Of a DNA stretch of 64,000 bases, positions 1 through 13,300 are shown piece after piece. How positions within the stretch are numbered: the first letter of the stretch is position 1; each line of letters starts with the position of its first letter. The stretch comes from the human T2T-CHM13v2.0 reference genome, Homo sapiens. Where the stretch lies: NCBI RefSeq assembly GCF_009914755.1, contig NC_060942.1; one strand, 5' to 3'. The position numbers and the translations under genes are program-made. A model generated the notes under the pieces. It had not been told where the DNA came from. It ran no database searches and saw nothing but the letters and a program-made list of their open reading frames with translations.

Positions 1-579
1 CTCTTGTTTTTTTTCTTATAATAATAATACTAATTTCAAATATGTAAGTATTTCTAAAGGGGAGGCATTCTAGAAACACGGCATGGATCAAAAAACCCAA
101 TCTGGATTCCAAAGGATATGCAGGTGGTAGACAAAGATTTTAAAAATTCAAGTTGTTTTTGCCAGCTTACATGCTTTATTTTCAAAATCTCTATATGGAA
201 GTATCAAAGCATATTTTTCTTTCAGGGTTAAATAAACAAATCCAAGTGAAAGACACTAACAGTAAAGAAAACATAACATCACCACAAAGCAAACTAAAGA
301 GTCAGACACTTAAAAATAAGATCCCACTGCTCTTTTACTAGACTGGCAGAAATTCCCATTATGCCACAAAATGAGATATGTATATGGGAGGTCAATTTCT
401 TTATGCATGATCAGACACTGCTGGTTGTACACAGAGGGCAACTGCCATCAGCTAAGGAGAGAAAACTGCTGGCTTGCAAACCAAGTAGTGACAAGATGCC
501 TCATTACAGGCAAATTTAAAATGCTAAGTAAAATGCAAATTAAAGGAAGAATAAAATATTAAAACCAAATCAGTATTAC

Positions 580-642
580 CTGAAGCACCATTCCAGCAGC
601 CACTTCACCTTGAGTGAGTTTTTTCAGGAATTCTTCTCTACC
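580..642 (-). CDS. CCDC178: CCDC178 internal coding exon (63 nt, phase 0-0): GREEFLKKLTQGEVAAGMVLQ
   Basis: Minus strand reads tttcctaacatatag|GGTAGAGAA...GTGCTTCAG|gtaata. Only one frame is open. It joins in frame after the 19025-19208 exon (RRKFK|GREEF). Peptide recognised as CCDC178 from memory. Confidence 0.93.
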
Positions 643-1310
643 CTATATGTTAGGAAATTTTTAAAATGAGGATTTTCTTCATAAAACATCAAAAACATTT
701 TTTAAAACAATTGCTAATATAAGACACATTTTTAATGTTTCAATATAGAGTAAAATATTAATTATAATTTATTATATGTATTTTTAAAATCCTGGTGTTT
801 TTCGAGGTAAAGTAATTAAGTGGTACAGCACCAGGAATTAGACTACAAAATTTCAGTCTTTCCAGTTTGCATTTTATAGTCCTAAACTTAAAAAATCAAA
901 GTAATAAGAAAGTGAAACAAGGTAGTCATCAATTTCTCCTTTTAAAAACTATCAGTTTGTTTTTAATATTACTTTCTGGAATAAACACAATCAACTTTCA
1001 AAACAAGATAGATGCAAGTCAAGTGTGAAGTGTGCAAAATAAGAGCAGACTCTCCATTTAGCTAGAACAATTCCTTTTTTTTTTTTTTAAATCATACCTT
1101 TCAAGTTTGTAGGGAAAAAATTTGGAAAAATCTTTTCTTTGCTACCTGGAAAAATTGTTGTAAATTGTTCATAGATTTGCTTTAAATTATCACGCAAAAC
1201 CAGAATTGGAAGTAGTTCATAAAGTTCCTTCTGTCTTAAAATTACATCTTGGAACCCCTGATTTGAGGGAGGAGTTGGCTGGGATTTAGGATGTCCTCCA
1301 GATTCAAAAG

Positions 1311-1319
1311 ATATATGTA

Positions 1320-1383
<64 letters not shown>

Positions 1384-1385
1384 TA
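1311..1385. repeat. Compound (TG)n(TA)n(CA)n microsatellite, self-complementary
   Basis: Read directly: (GT)12, a TA run, (AC)9. Confidence 0.97.
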
Positions 1386-2819
1386 GTTTTGCAAGGAGGA
1401 ACAATAAAAATTCAGAAATGTCTCTGATACCCCTACTTCAATACTGAATCCCTCATCATATCCCAGGGTCTATAGAGACAATACAAAGAAACAAGCCAGC
1501 AGGCCTCTGCTCTAACACTTTCTCTACTCAATATAGCAAACCAGCAAAATTATGTTTACCTCAAGCAAAAGAATAATTCCAAAGAAGGAAACATGAAGGT
1601 GGTAAATAAAGCAGTAACTTTGATATATCATTTTACTTAAGGATATATCTACATCTAAAATGAATTTATGCAACAATACGTTTTGATAATTTTAAATAGA
1701 TTAGCGACCTCTTCTAACATGATAGCAGATACAGCACAGTTTTTCAGTTTGTTTATTATTTAATAGAAATGGAACAAAATTCAAAATGGCTTTGTAGACT
1801 GGAGAAAAATATATCATATTCCAAAATAGCTCGATTTGACCTTTGTCTGAAACTAATTGAAAAATGTGTATGTATGGGCATGTGTGCTTTTGTTGTGTTT
1901 TATGTGTTAGAGAAAAGACTTGGTGAATGAGGTGAAGCTGAAGAAACAAACAACTCTTAGATTATGCAGAACCTTCCAGGTACATTAATAAAATTAGTGA
2001 AGAATGGTAAGCAAAGTGTGTGTTTTAGATCACTCTGGTTACAATATGGATTGATTCATTTGTGTTTCCTTAATATTCACTCATCCATTCATTCTTTGAA
2101 GTTTTTTTGTTTGTTTTTTTAATTGTCAACTAGTGAGAAAGCAAGTTATTATTGAAATGAATTCAAGTCACTTAAATTGGATAAATTAATATTGTTTGAA
2201 AAGAACTTGTGGATGTGTGGCTTGGAAAGAACTGCAGGCAGTATATGAGACATTTAAATAGATAAGAAGCCTGAAGCTGCAAGAATAAGACACTTGTATT
2301 TCTCTGAAAAGAAGAAAGATACTACATTTGAAATCTGTGTACAAAACCAACTCAGCCTGTTACCAGTGGACAAATTTGTACACTGCATGGGCAAAACATC
2401 TGGAGCTTCTGTCTAGCGTCTCAAAGAACTTTACCAAGCTCCATTTTCTACCATGCCCCCAAACCTCTGTGATCCAGACAGCCAGGTTAAATGACCAGTC
2501 ACCAGGAGAGAAAGTATTTATCACTGGCTGGGCTGCCAATTGCATACTTACACAAGACCCAACACCACAGGGAGTGTTTCCAGGCAGATGCTCAAGGCCT
2601 TCCTATGAGACGGTCCTCTTTACAGAAAATGGTCTACCCAAAGCACTGGGAAAATGCCAAGAGGCTACACAGTTTCTGAGAGAACTACTGAATACTTTCA
2701 AAACACCACAGAGTACCCCAAAGACTGATACAGGGAGAGCTCTGATGGTCAAAGGTCTTAGATTACAGGTCCAACATCTGAGAGAGGGGATTTATTTGTT
2801 TTCCCATCCTATTATCACA

Positions 2820-3160
2820 GGCATTGTTCCCTGTAAAGCTGACTCTAGAGTTAAGTTTAGTGTATAGGATACTTATTAAGGAGCATATTTGGAATCAACT
2901 CCTGTGGACAGGAGAGGAATGAAGCAGGATTGGACAGAAACATAGGCTGAGCTGCCATAGACTCCCAACAACAACCTCGATCAACTCCACAGCAAACCAT
3001 GAGCAATAATGGACCATCAGATTTGCCCCAAGTTGGACTAAGGTAGCAAGGCTATCATTCTATTTTTATTGGTCATTAAATGTGAGCTACCCCAGGAACA
3101 GGAATGACCTTAAGCAAAGTGACTGAGATGATTCCTGAAGGAGAATCTGGGCAGTTACAT
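2820..3160 (-). mobile_element. LTR16-like ERVL solo LTR remnant
   Basis: gaatcaactcctgtggacaggagaggaatgaagcaggattggacag...gctgagctgc resembles the recalled LTR16 consensus. Confidence 0.6.
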
Positions 3161-3219
3161 TCACATAACAATATAAATGCCATGTGTTCCCTCAATGATA
3201 AAACTACCATTTGTACTAC

Positions 3220-3420
3220 TCCTAGTAATGATGGCTAAGATACATTATATGCTTTCTGGTAGAATTATCTTGTCTTAACTTCACAATGAAATCTATAAAA
3301 TAGTTATGATTGTCCCTTTTGCACATAGGAAAACTGACAGAGAGATTACATAAATTGACCAAGCACACAAAGCTGGCAATTGATGGAACCAGGATACTAA
3401 TTTACACAATGTGACAGAGA
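3220..3420 (-). mobile_element. MIR SINE remnant
   Basis: MIR core: ggaaaactgacagagagattacataaattgaccaagcacacaaagctggc. Confidence 0.7.
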
Positions 3421-3821
3421 GCATCTCAGTGACACCCAGATATGTAGGAACCCTCAAAGTTATAGGAATATTTAATGTAGAGCCTTCTGACTCTCATGTG
3501 CCCCTTTTCTTGTAGGGCCTCCTTTAACATGAGGCTTTCCAGGCAAATGGGACACCTCTTTGAATTCTGAATCTTAGCCACCTATAGTTGAGACTGAAGA
3601 ACTGAGACTTTGGGTGAAAGGGTTCCAATTAGCTAGTGATGCCATAGTTGGTTCTAAAATGGAATCTGCTAGAAACTTATGGGCTCCTGGGGAGATACTA
3701 CCTTTCATTATTCAACATGAATTATGTAGCTGCTGAGAAAAAGCCAGGGTTAAATGAGTTCAAATTACCAAGAGGAAAAATGTCACAAGAACTATAGTGT
3801 GGTCTGCTTAGTGAAATACTG

Positions 3822-4035
3822 ATTGCCTACATTGGGCAAAATCCTCTAACCTAAGGCTATTTTATAATAACATGTTGAATAGCTCACGTAATTTATCGAA
3901 TGCCATACTGAGAGAGAGAAAAACAGAATGGCTGTATGAGTGCTCAAAGTATGGTCTCCACTGAATATGCATCACTTTCACACCATGGTAAAGTTGAAAA
4001 ACTGTAAGTGGAACCACATTAACTCAGAGGCTGTG
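3822..4035. mobile_element. MER47-like TcMar-Tigger DNA transposon fragment
   Basis: aaagtatggtctccactgaatatgcatcactttcacaccatggtaaagttgaaaaactgtaagtggaacc and ttgggcaaaatcctctaac match recalled MER47A. Confidence 0.7.
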
Positions 4036-4058
4036 TGTGTGTGTGTGTGTGTGTGTGT
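4032..4058. repeat. (TG)n microsatellite
   Basis: Read directly. Confidence 0.95.
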
Positions 4059-4739
4059 AAGTTAATTATCATATCCATTAGTGAAATAGCTATTATCCAC
4101 TTTCAAATATGATAAAACCGAGGTCTAAGGTCATGGAATTTGTCACAGGACCAGTCTTCAAACATGTATCAGCACCAGGACTGCCTGCTACTAGAGCCTG
4201 GACACATTCTACAGCTCTTCACAGTAAGCTCCCTCCTCTATCTCCTTGGCTGCTAGCACTTTGTCTGTTATATAATATTTGCCAAATGAATAATTTATTG
4301 AGCAAATGGGTTTATGATTAACAAACAAGCTTGCTTTTGATCTCTAGGTTGGGGAATTAAATTGTAAAAGTTTCAGATTCTTTCAAATTAAAAAGATGTT
4401 ATTTTTTAAAAAAAATCTTTATATGAGGAGAAGCTCAGGGCCCATTACAACGTCACAATCACATTTATATATAGCATCTTTAAGATGGATGATACAACAA
4501 GGCCTTTGAGATGTTTTTCCTGAGATGTGGAGAGATGGGACAGGTGGTAGAAAAGACAGTGAGGTTGATTCTGACTTAGGATTGCATGCAATATATATTC
4601 CTAAAGTATAAATACCTGAAAAAGCACTGAAGGAAGACTGCCTTCTCCAGAAACGTGGCCTGTGGCCCAGCTTGTGCTAAACGTTCAAGTTCTTCAAATT
4701 GCCAATTCATTGTAAAGGGAACGAAAGCCCAGAAAAATT

Positions 4740-5260
4740 GCCACTTAGCAACTGTTCCAATAATGGATTCTACTAAGGATCACTGATAGATTCTAAATCC
4801 ACTGGGTGAAATGTGTTGGGAAAAAATAGCCATGTATTCTTAAATATCACTCAATTGATTACTTATTAATTACAATGGGGAAATGAATACATTTCTTGAC
4901 CATAACTTTAACCAACTGATCAAACTTAATATCACTGATAATGAGACAAACATAGACCATGTGCTTGTGGACACAATATTATATTATTGTAATTATGTTA
5001 TATTCCTGCCAGATGTGTTTAACTTGTATCTAATTATGAAGAAACAAAAGGATAAATCCATATTGAGAAAAATCCTGCAAAGTAACTGGCCTAGACTCTT
5101 AAAAATGTAACGTAGTGAAAGACAACTTTTTAAAAAAAAGGTAGAGATTTTTTAAGATTAAAAGAGACTCAAAAGTTATAACAGATAAATACAATGCATG
5201 GGGCTCAATGACATATACCAACCAATTGAAATAGAGAAATTTGCATGTAGACTATGCATT
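4740..5260 (+). mobile_element. Old L1MC/ME 3' region fragment
   Basis: ttaaccaactgatcaaacttaatatcact...aaagtaactggcctagactcttaaaaatgt is typical of an L1MC-type 3' UTR. Confidence 0.6.
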
Positions 5261-5261
5261 T

Positions 5262-5750
5262 GTGCTCATTATCTAATTATTGCCTCTTAGCTCCAAATCT
5301 ACTGTTTTTAACTCTGATCTGTGATAATGGAGGTGGATCCTGTGAGCAGTTTCCTTTTGCAGTTTTACTTTTGGAGTAAAGCTAGGCTTTATCAACAGAG
5401 GGCAGGGGACAGGCAGGCAGAGCTGCAGCAGCAAGGGGCGCTGTGTCCTGGTTCCTTGTTCCAGTGGACCGTTGTTATTTTCTCCATTCTCCTGCAGAAC
5501 TGCCACCAGCTGGTGTGTGGGGAGGTTCTCTGCCCACAAACTCCATTCCACCTCCATCAAGTCTCTCCAGCAACACGCAGATAGCTGCTGCTGAACCCTA
5601 TGTTGAGACACAACCCCACCCTCTCCAATAAAGCTTCACTCTGCTTGGGAGAGAGCAGCCTCTTCCATGCTTGTTCCTTCTTAGGGTGCTTTCTCTCAGC
5701 CCTCCAGGCACTGGCTGCTGCCTACATTTGCTATTCCTGTGTTCTTTAGA
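5262..5750. mobile_element. LTR33-like ERVL LTR
   Basis: ttgcctcttagctccaaatctac...tgtgataatggaggtgg start motif and a GC-richer body. Confidence 0.6.
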
Positions 5751-5751
5751 A

Positions 5752-5842
5752 CAGAGATGGCAAACTTTTTTTGTAAAGGGCCAGATAGTAAATATTTTAA
5801 GCTTTGCGGATTAAGGTCTCTGTCACAACGACTCAATTCTGG
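5752..5842. mobile_element. MER58A (hAT-Charlie) fragment
   Basis: ggcaaacttttttgtaaagggccagatagtaaatattttaagctttgcgg. Confidence 0.8.
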
Positions 5843-5994
5843 TTTTGGAGAAAAGGAATAAAAGAGATCAAAGGATCACTTTGAAGAGCTTGGAAGAAGC
5901 CTGGAGCAAAGGAAGTGACAATATCTCAGAAGCTGGAAAGAGGGCACATTCAACAGTCACCTTTGACCTGCAGCCTGGTTTTAGCAGTCACAAA

Positions 5995-6009
5995 CCAGAA
6001 GGTGGCAGC
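5995..6009 (+). promoter_or_regulatory. Candidate CTCF core motif CCAGAAGGTGGCAGC
   Basis: Matches CCASYAGRKGGCRS at all positions except position 5. This is a motif match only, with no binding evidence. Confidence 0.35.
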
Positions 6010-6689
6010 AGAGAGCTACACTGCTGGAATAGATTCCTGTACTAGGACAAAAGATAGCTGAAAGGAGGACAAACAGTCAATACTGAGTCCGGAAACCCAC
6101 ATTCAAAGAGAAAAAGGGAGCAACACTACATAAACAGATCTAACATCAGAATCAAAGAAATGGCTTCAGTTTCATTTCCAGTGACAGAGAAGCACTAAGA
6201 GCAAAGTTAGAGAATTTATGTTATGTAAGGTTTGAGATCAGGAAAGGAAGATGGATACTCTAAAGAATTACAATCTTAAAGCAAAATTTGAGATATGTTT
6301 AAGTGACTATGGGCTGGACTGAATTAGTGGGACCAGGTATCTCTGGCTATGGTTGTGCATTATTAGGAAACATTTTGGTGGCCAGGACCCTAACAGAAAG
6401 TATAGGTGGCAGCCCAACCTGATTCTATCTGAAAATAGGACATGACACTATGTTATCTTTCTTTTTGTACGAAAGTATATGTGTTTCTGGTGAAATATTT
6501 TAAATTACAAAAAGAAATAATACAAATATTCAAATCCACAGATACGCATTTTGACTTTTTGGTGTCATTTCTTTTTTAGGTCCTGAATTTAAAGTTATTA
6601 TCTCTGGTAGAGTCAGTCTAACAAGATCTTTCTCATCTACTACAAAAGCAGAAGTCTCATTAATTTTTAAAAATTCTACATTGAATGAA

Positions 6690-7090
6690 TTTATAATTTA
6701 TCTTAATACTCATAGATTTAAACACTATTCTATTATTGAGAAATTTGTATATTTAAAATTTCCTATTATATGTTATTAGTATATATTCATGGTTTCCATA
6801 AATATTTATTGAGTATCTGTATAAGCACTGTTTAAGCACTGGAATGCAGCAGTGTATACAAAATAAACAATTATTGTTGACCTCATGAACCATGTTTTCA
6901 GTGGCTGTTACGTTAACTGTTAATAAACATCCTTAAACCTGCATCTCTGTTGGCTTTGTTCTTGGTTACTTTCTTAAAGTTGTATTTTTAGAAATAATGT
7001 TACTGAGTTACAGATTATGAATGTTAGGTTTTTTACATCTATTGATGAATTGCTTTCCAGAAAGCTCTAATTTACACTGAATTGGATACT
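6690..7090 (-). mobile_element. Old L1ME fragment interrupted by an L2 3' fragment (about 6790-6905)
   Basis: L1ME motifs taataaacatcctt...gaattgctttccagaaag; L2 motif aatatttattgagtatct...ggaatgcagcagtg. Confidence 0.5.
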
Positions 7091-7469
7091 TGAGCACCTA
7101 TGAGTTGTTATAGCAAAATATCTTTACCAGTATCAAATATCAGTTTTTATATATGTAAAATTGGGATAACACTTTTTTTCATAAAATAAGTATGGGAGGT
7201 AAAAGAAGAAAATGTATATAAAGTAATATGCTTAAGGCATCACTCATATTAAGTACTCAACAAATAACTATCATTATGTTCAACGTGTTGTTTAGAACCC
7301 ACGCATTTATCACAATTACTGGGAGACAGACTTAAGAGTAAAATATGTAGGTAAGTTGTTAAAGATTGTTTTTTTTTTATCCTGAACAACAAAGGTAGCC
7401 TCACGCTATAGGAGTATTTTTATGCTACTTATGCCTAATACCTTTAAGAATTTATTATTTGTCAGGCTC

Positions 7470-7680
7470 CAGGTTGAATGTTTTATACACAATATTATGT
7501 ATTTATCACCCAAAGGTACCATATAGATACTGTTACATTTATTTAAGAGATGAGAAACCTAGACTAAGAAAAGTTAAGTATATTTTTAATATTCTTAGAG
7601 CCAATAATTAGCATAACCAGCCAGGATTTGAATTAAGAAACATCTGACTCTAAAGTCCATGCTTTTTCAATTGAACCACA
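7470..7680 (-). mobile_element. MIR SINE remnant
   Basis: gatgagaaacctagactaagaaaagttaagta...ccaggatttgaa...tctgactctaaagtccatgct. Confidence 0.7.
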
Positions 7681-10397
7681 TTTCCTTTCAAACAGGAAGA
7701 AGAAAAGTAGAAACAAAGTTCAGATAATTAAATGGAAATACTGAAAAGTCAACTTGCCATCCAATTTCTGACAAGCAAAGTACTAACCCAGTAGAATGGA
7801 GAAGGAAATTATGTTCCCATATGATATTTATAGCAAGCTAAATAAAGTTTTATTATATTCTCAAATGTTTTGTACTATCAAGATCCATAAATGTTCAATG
7901 CTTTATTTCTATCACATTTTCATGTTTATTTACTTCCTCAAATGTGTCAGGAAAAATGAACTCTTCTGATGCTTGACCAAGGGGTTACTTAGCAGCCATT
8001 GTGGGACTTTAATCCTGCTGTACCTTCACACTATTTCTGTTTTCCTTGTATTCTCCTTCCCTTTTTCCCGGCAACCATTTCCCACTAATACAGATTACAC
8101 ATTCCCAATATTATGATTAATAGCAGATTCCTTTCCATTCAATTTTGGCAAAGTATTCTGCCTATGAATGGAGTGGAAAAGAATCTTAGTAAACGAAGAC
8201 CAATGAAACAAGCAAAAAAATACCAGATCAAAGTTATAAATATGGAACAGAGAGAGATAAGGAAGTGATTATCCTAGAAACGTTCAGCATAAATAACTGA
8301 GCTTCTAAGCAGCTTAACTCAGAGAGAAATAAGAACGTGTAGGGAACTCTTAATTATTAATTAAAAAGAAATAAATTTTATCAAGAAAAAACAACTTTTT
8401 TAGTTTGGAAATCTAAGGTCAATTACTTTTGTAGGTTTTTTTGAGCATATTGACAATATGACTAACTCCCTTATTAATTTGAAAAACCAAGAAGCAATGG
8501 TCAATCTTAGCCATTACTTTTACCAACCTTTATTAAAAGCCAAGGATGTGATAGCAATTCATAACTCAATAAAAGCTATTACATGTGGGACAAGAGTAAT
8601 ATGCTCCAGATTCGACATGCTATAAGGCATAAATCCTTTGGGATAAAAATTAATGAATTAATAGAATGTTCATTTTATAACTACTTAAAAATATTATCAG
8701 TCTTATCTGGAATTCTTATAGAAGTTGCATGGTGCATACATTAAGCTTTAGTTTATTAGATCTGTTTTGTTCTGTTGATTGAACTAAAGATGCTCTAAGT
8801 ACTAGCAGAAATTATGCCCTCCAAGAAACTTTTGAGAAGGTTCTGACTTTTATTTTACTCAAAGGATGGGCCTATAAACCTTGTCTCAGAGGTGAACAAA
8901 TAGTAGTTGAAGGGAGGTCTGAGAACATAAAGAACAGTTTGAGATTAGTTAAAATATCTGAAAAAGCACTCAAGGCAAGTCATAGACTTCTAAAGTTATG
9001 CACCAGATTACTGTGGACTGGAACTTTCTAAGGACTTGACACACTGTCTTTTTCTAGCATTGAAAACGACCCCCACCCCCAGTATGATTATTTTGAAGCT
9101 TTCAGCTTAACTGAATCTTTGTTGGTCACAATGTAAGTCTAATGTCTTACGACTCTACCAAGACTGGCATGAGATGTCCTGGTCCCTAAACTCTACACAG
9201 TCACCTAAAAGCTTACCTTGGGAAAATCCCTTTACTCCCAAAATGAATGTGTTAATAACAATTGCACAGTTTTGTGAATGTTAAATTAATTAGCATGTAT
9301 AAGGGGTTTTTCATAAAATAGGCTTGAAGAAAACTCTTTATGTCTACTTTATTCCTTCCTTTTTACTAAGTTTCCACTTAGTTCTAGCACTATGATTCTA
9401 ACCTGGAACCAGAGTGACCTGATGTTCTCACTTTTCCACCAGAATTCCATTATATTCAAGCAAAAAACCCTTCGAGATTATGCAGCTTGCATAGAAGATT
9501 TCAGCTGGAGTGCTAGGAAGTACTTAACAACTGGTGAAAGCTCTCAAAATTTTTGGTTGCAATGTCGCATTCTTTAGACAATTCTAGATGGTTTTCTGTT
9601 CATTCCATCAACACTATAATTGAATACATATTACTATTAAATTGACTTATTCCCTATCCCAATTGGCTAATTTTATTCTGACACTTGGCCAAACACCTCT
9701 TTTCTGAATAGGTCAGTTATTGGAATTGAAAATATGGAAAAACTGGGACAAATCATTTGTAATAGCTAAAAAATTAGAGAAAGTGCTAGACATACTTCTT
9801 GTTCAGGATTGCTTCTACTCTAAGACTGCCTAAAACTTATCTGGCATTTTACAGATGCATTAACTTGAGAGAACATAATTCATAAATTCTACCTCTAGAG
9901 TTTCAAAAGCCTATTTCTTGGAGCTACCCTAGAAGTGATATTCCTATAATTAATTTCTAGATGATGGATTAAAGATTAATTTCAGGCCAGGCTCAACAAA
10001 TACAGAAAGTTACTTAAAAGGAAAACATAATTCTCAGATTTAGAGTGTTCTAAAGATTTTCATGAATCAGTCCATGAAAGATAATAGGGTCATTACACAG
10101 GCAAAAATTACAAACTTGAATTACTATAAACCTGAATTATCTAAGGAAAATCTAGAAATTTATTTTGAATTTATTTTGAACTCTGAAGCAGATATGCATG
10201 TGTATATTATAGAAGTTTTTAATGCCGTATATATTCAGGCTCAGAAATTAGCAGGAGTGATTAACCATTGGGAATGGTTTCTTAAGTGGACCAGTTTCTT
10301 TCTGTTGCTTCTTTCCAGTGATCAATCAGCTCCCATGAGGTAAGGAAACAACATGATGAATACTTTCTTTAATTTTGCATGAATAAAGAGAGAAAGG

Positions 10398-13300
10398 GAG
10401 AGTGACATCAACAAGATGGCTCACTAGAAGTGCCTGGAGTTCATCCGCACCCCAAAAAGAACCAAAGCAACAAATAAATAATGAAGATTTGAATGCAGTG
10501 TCAAAGAGAGAATGCTGGAGTGGAGCAGGGGAGTGGAGAGGCAACTCTGGTAATTGGAAGTCCAAGAGAGCAGCACGAAGGCACCTGGCCTCTGCAGCCC
10601 CATCTCCTGTTCCTGAATCAGATGGGCCCAAAACTAGGGGCAACTTCCCTTTGCAGGAAAAAGGTAAACAGAGGAACCTCATCAGCCCCCACTGCCACTG
10701 TAAATACCTACAGTATTTACTACAAGATAATTCCACAGTCCTCATAAGCCCTGAGCCCAGTTTGGAGAGCTGCTGAAAATTTATACTGTTGCATTGCTTC
10801 AAATTAGAGGAACAACTTATGCACTCCCCCAACTCCCACCCACCTCCTGTGAGCCAAGCTGCTGCAGCACAGCACTGTCTTGATACCAGAGCCACCTCTA
10901 GAGTGTACCCTTCTCTGGAGGCCAGTAGCCACTGCACCTCTGCAGCAATGGCGCTCCATCTTCATTCCAAGCCCAGTGGCTACACTCTACAACCCTAGCT
11001 GTGTGGAGCCTGGGTCAAGGATTGGCTGTGACTCTGGTCCTGCACATCATGGAAACCAACCCCTCCACCCCCAGCACTTCCATCTAGGAAAGGATCTGAG
11101 TCCCACCCAGGGCAAACCCACCCTTGAACCAGCCAAACTAGTGCATGTCCACCCCTGAGTAGAAAAGGTCCCCGAGCCAATAAACAGCTGGTCTGCCCCT
11201 AGGCCAGCCAAGAAACCATACAGCCATGTCAGAGGCTTGAGAAACAGCTCCATGGGTTTCCACAGAAAACATGCTGCCAGGCCAGCTGATCAGCTTTGTG
11301 CCCATGTCGACTCGATAAACAGCCTCTTGTCCCTCCCCTCCCCCTGGCTGAAATGCCCCCCATACCAACCAAGCATCTGCATGCCCATGTTCTAGGCCTG
11401 AGAAACAACACCATGGGCCACCTCTAGCAAACACAACTCCAGGCCAGCGAGGAAACCATATGGCCATGTGCTGGGCATGAGAAACGGCCCCACAGGCCAC
11501 CCCTGGCAGACATGCCTCTAGGTTGGCCAAGTGGCTGTGAACCTGGTCCCAAGACTGAAAAAAACAAAAAAAAAAACATAAATAAAACATGGGTTGCCCT
11601 GAAGACACACCTGAAGGCAGTTGAGCAACTGCATGCCCATACTTCCAGACAGAGTAACAGCCCTGTGGCCTCAACCCCAGTGAGCCAGACCCTAAGTTAG
11701 CTGACCCATCATGTGTACACATGTGTCCCTGATCTGAGAAACAGCCCAGTGAGTCCACTCTTAACAAAGTCACACCACCACAGATTCTCTCAGCTTAGGC
11801 AAGTGAGACACTTGCAAATGTCACTAGCATAGATTACAGCTGAAGAAACTACATAGAGACTACATTACTGTATCCACCTGGGACTAAATACAACAAACTC
11901 TAAAAAACTGATACCCCAAGACTCATCAACATGAATAAGTTTCCCTACATAACGTACTCCATAAAATCGGAAGAGCCAACTGTCCCACCAGATGCACAGA
12001 TACCAACATAAGGAAACAATAAACATGAAAAAGCAAGGAAAAATGACACCTTCAAAGGAAGACAATAATTCTCCAGTAACATACCCCAATAATAAAGAAA
12101 TATATAAAATGCCAGAAAAAGAATTCAAAATAATAATCATAAGGAAACTCAGAGAGATACAAGAGAATACAGATAGTTCAATAAAATCAGGAAACAATTT
12201 ATGATTTGAATGAGAAATCCAACAAAGATATAGATATTATTAAAAAAGAACCAAACAGAAAACTAGAGCTGAATAATATGGTAAATCAAATAAAAAAAAT
12301 AGAATCAAGAGCTTCAATAATAGACTAGTACAAGAAGAAGGCAGAATTTATGAACCTGAAGACAAGTCTTTTGAAATAACAAGGCAGAGGAAAACAATGA
12401 AAAGAATGACACCATTAATGGGACAGCATAAATGAACATACATTTGTATTATGGGCATTCCAGAAGAAGAAAATAGAAAGATGTAGAAAACATGTTTAAT
12501 GAAATAATAGGTGAACACTTCCAAAGTCATGAGAGAGAGATGGACATCTAGATCCAGGAAGCTCAAATAATGCCAAATAGATTCAACATAACAAGTCCTG
12601 TCATAGGCACATTGTAGTCACATTGTCCAAAGTCAAAGACAGAACAAATTTAAAAAGAGCAAGAGAAAAGCATCGTCACATATAAGAATTTGCTATAAGA
12701 CTAACAGTGGATTTGCCAGGAGAAATCTTTCAAATCAGGAGATAATGGGATGGTATATTTAAAAGGCTTAAAAAAAACCCCTGCCAGCCAAGAATATTCT
12801 ATCCAGCAAAGCTATCATTCAGAAATGAAAAAGAAAAGTATTCTACAGAACAGAAAACCTAAGGAAATTCATCACCACTAAATAGGCCTTAAAAGAAAGG
12901 CCCAATAGGTTTCACATCTGGTGGTGAAAAAACAATAACTATCAGGAAAACATGCAAAACTATAAGACTCACTGGCAGAGCCAATATACACAGTAGAAAG
13001 AGAAAAGAGTCAAACCTTATTACTACAGAAAACAACCCAATCACAAAAATAAACAGTAAAAGATGAAGTAAGAAACATAGGACATACAAAACAACCAGAA
13101 AACAATCACTAACATGACAGGATTAATTCCTCATTTATCAATAATAACCTTGAAAATAAACAAATTAAATTCCTCATTTAAAAGATATAGACCAACTGGA
13201 TTGACTAAAAAAGACCCAACTATATGCTGCCTACAGGAAACTTACTTCATTAACCTGTAATGACACAAAGACTGAAAGTGACGTGGTTAAAAAAAAAAAA

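Noticed and set aside
2328-2867. 179-aa plus-strand ORF antisense to the gene
   Set aside because: It starts at TTG, with the first ATG only near its end. It has no recognisable domain or supporting promoter or splice structure, and it runs into an LTR remnant.
11150-11760. CRISPR-like repeat-spacer array
   Set aside because: The units are degenerate and similar along their whole length, lie inside an L1 5' UTR in mammalian DNA, and have no cas genes nearby.
10326-11773. Cluster of long overlapping ORFs (up to 211 aa)
   Set aside because: They lie in the GC-richer 5' UTR of the old L1, where stop-poor composition explains them.
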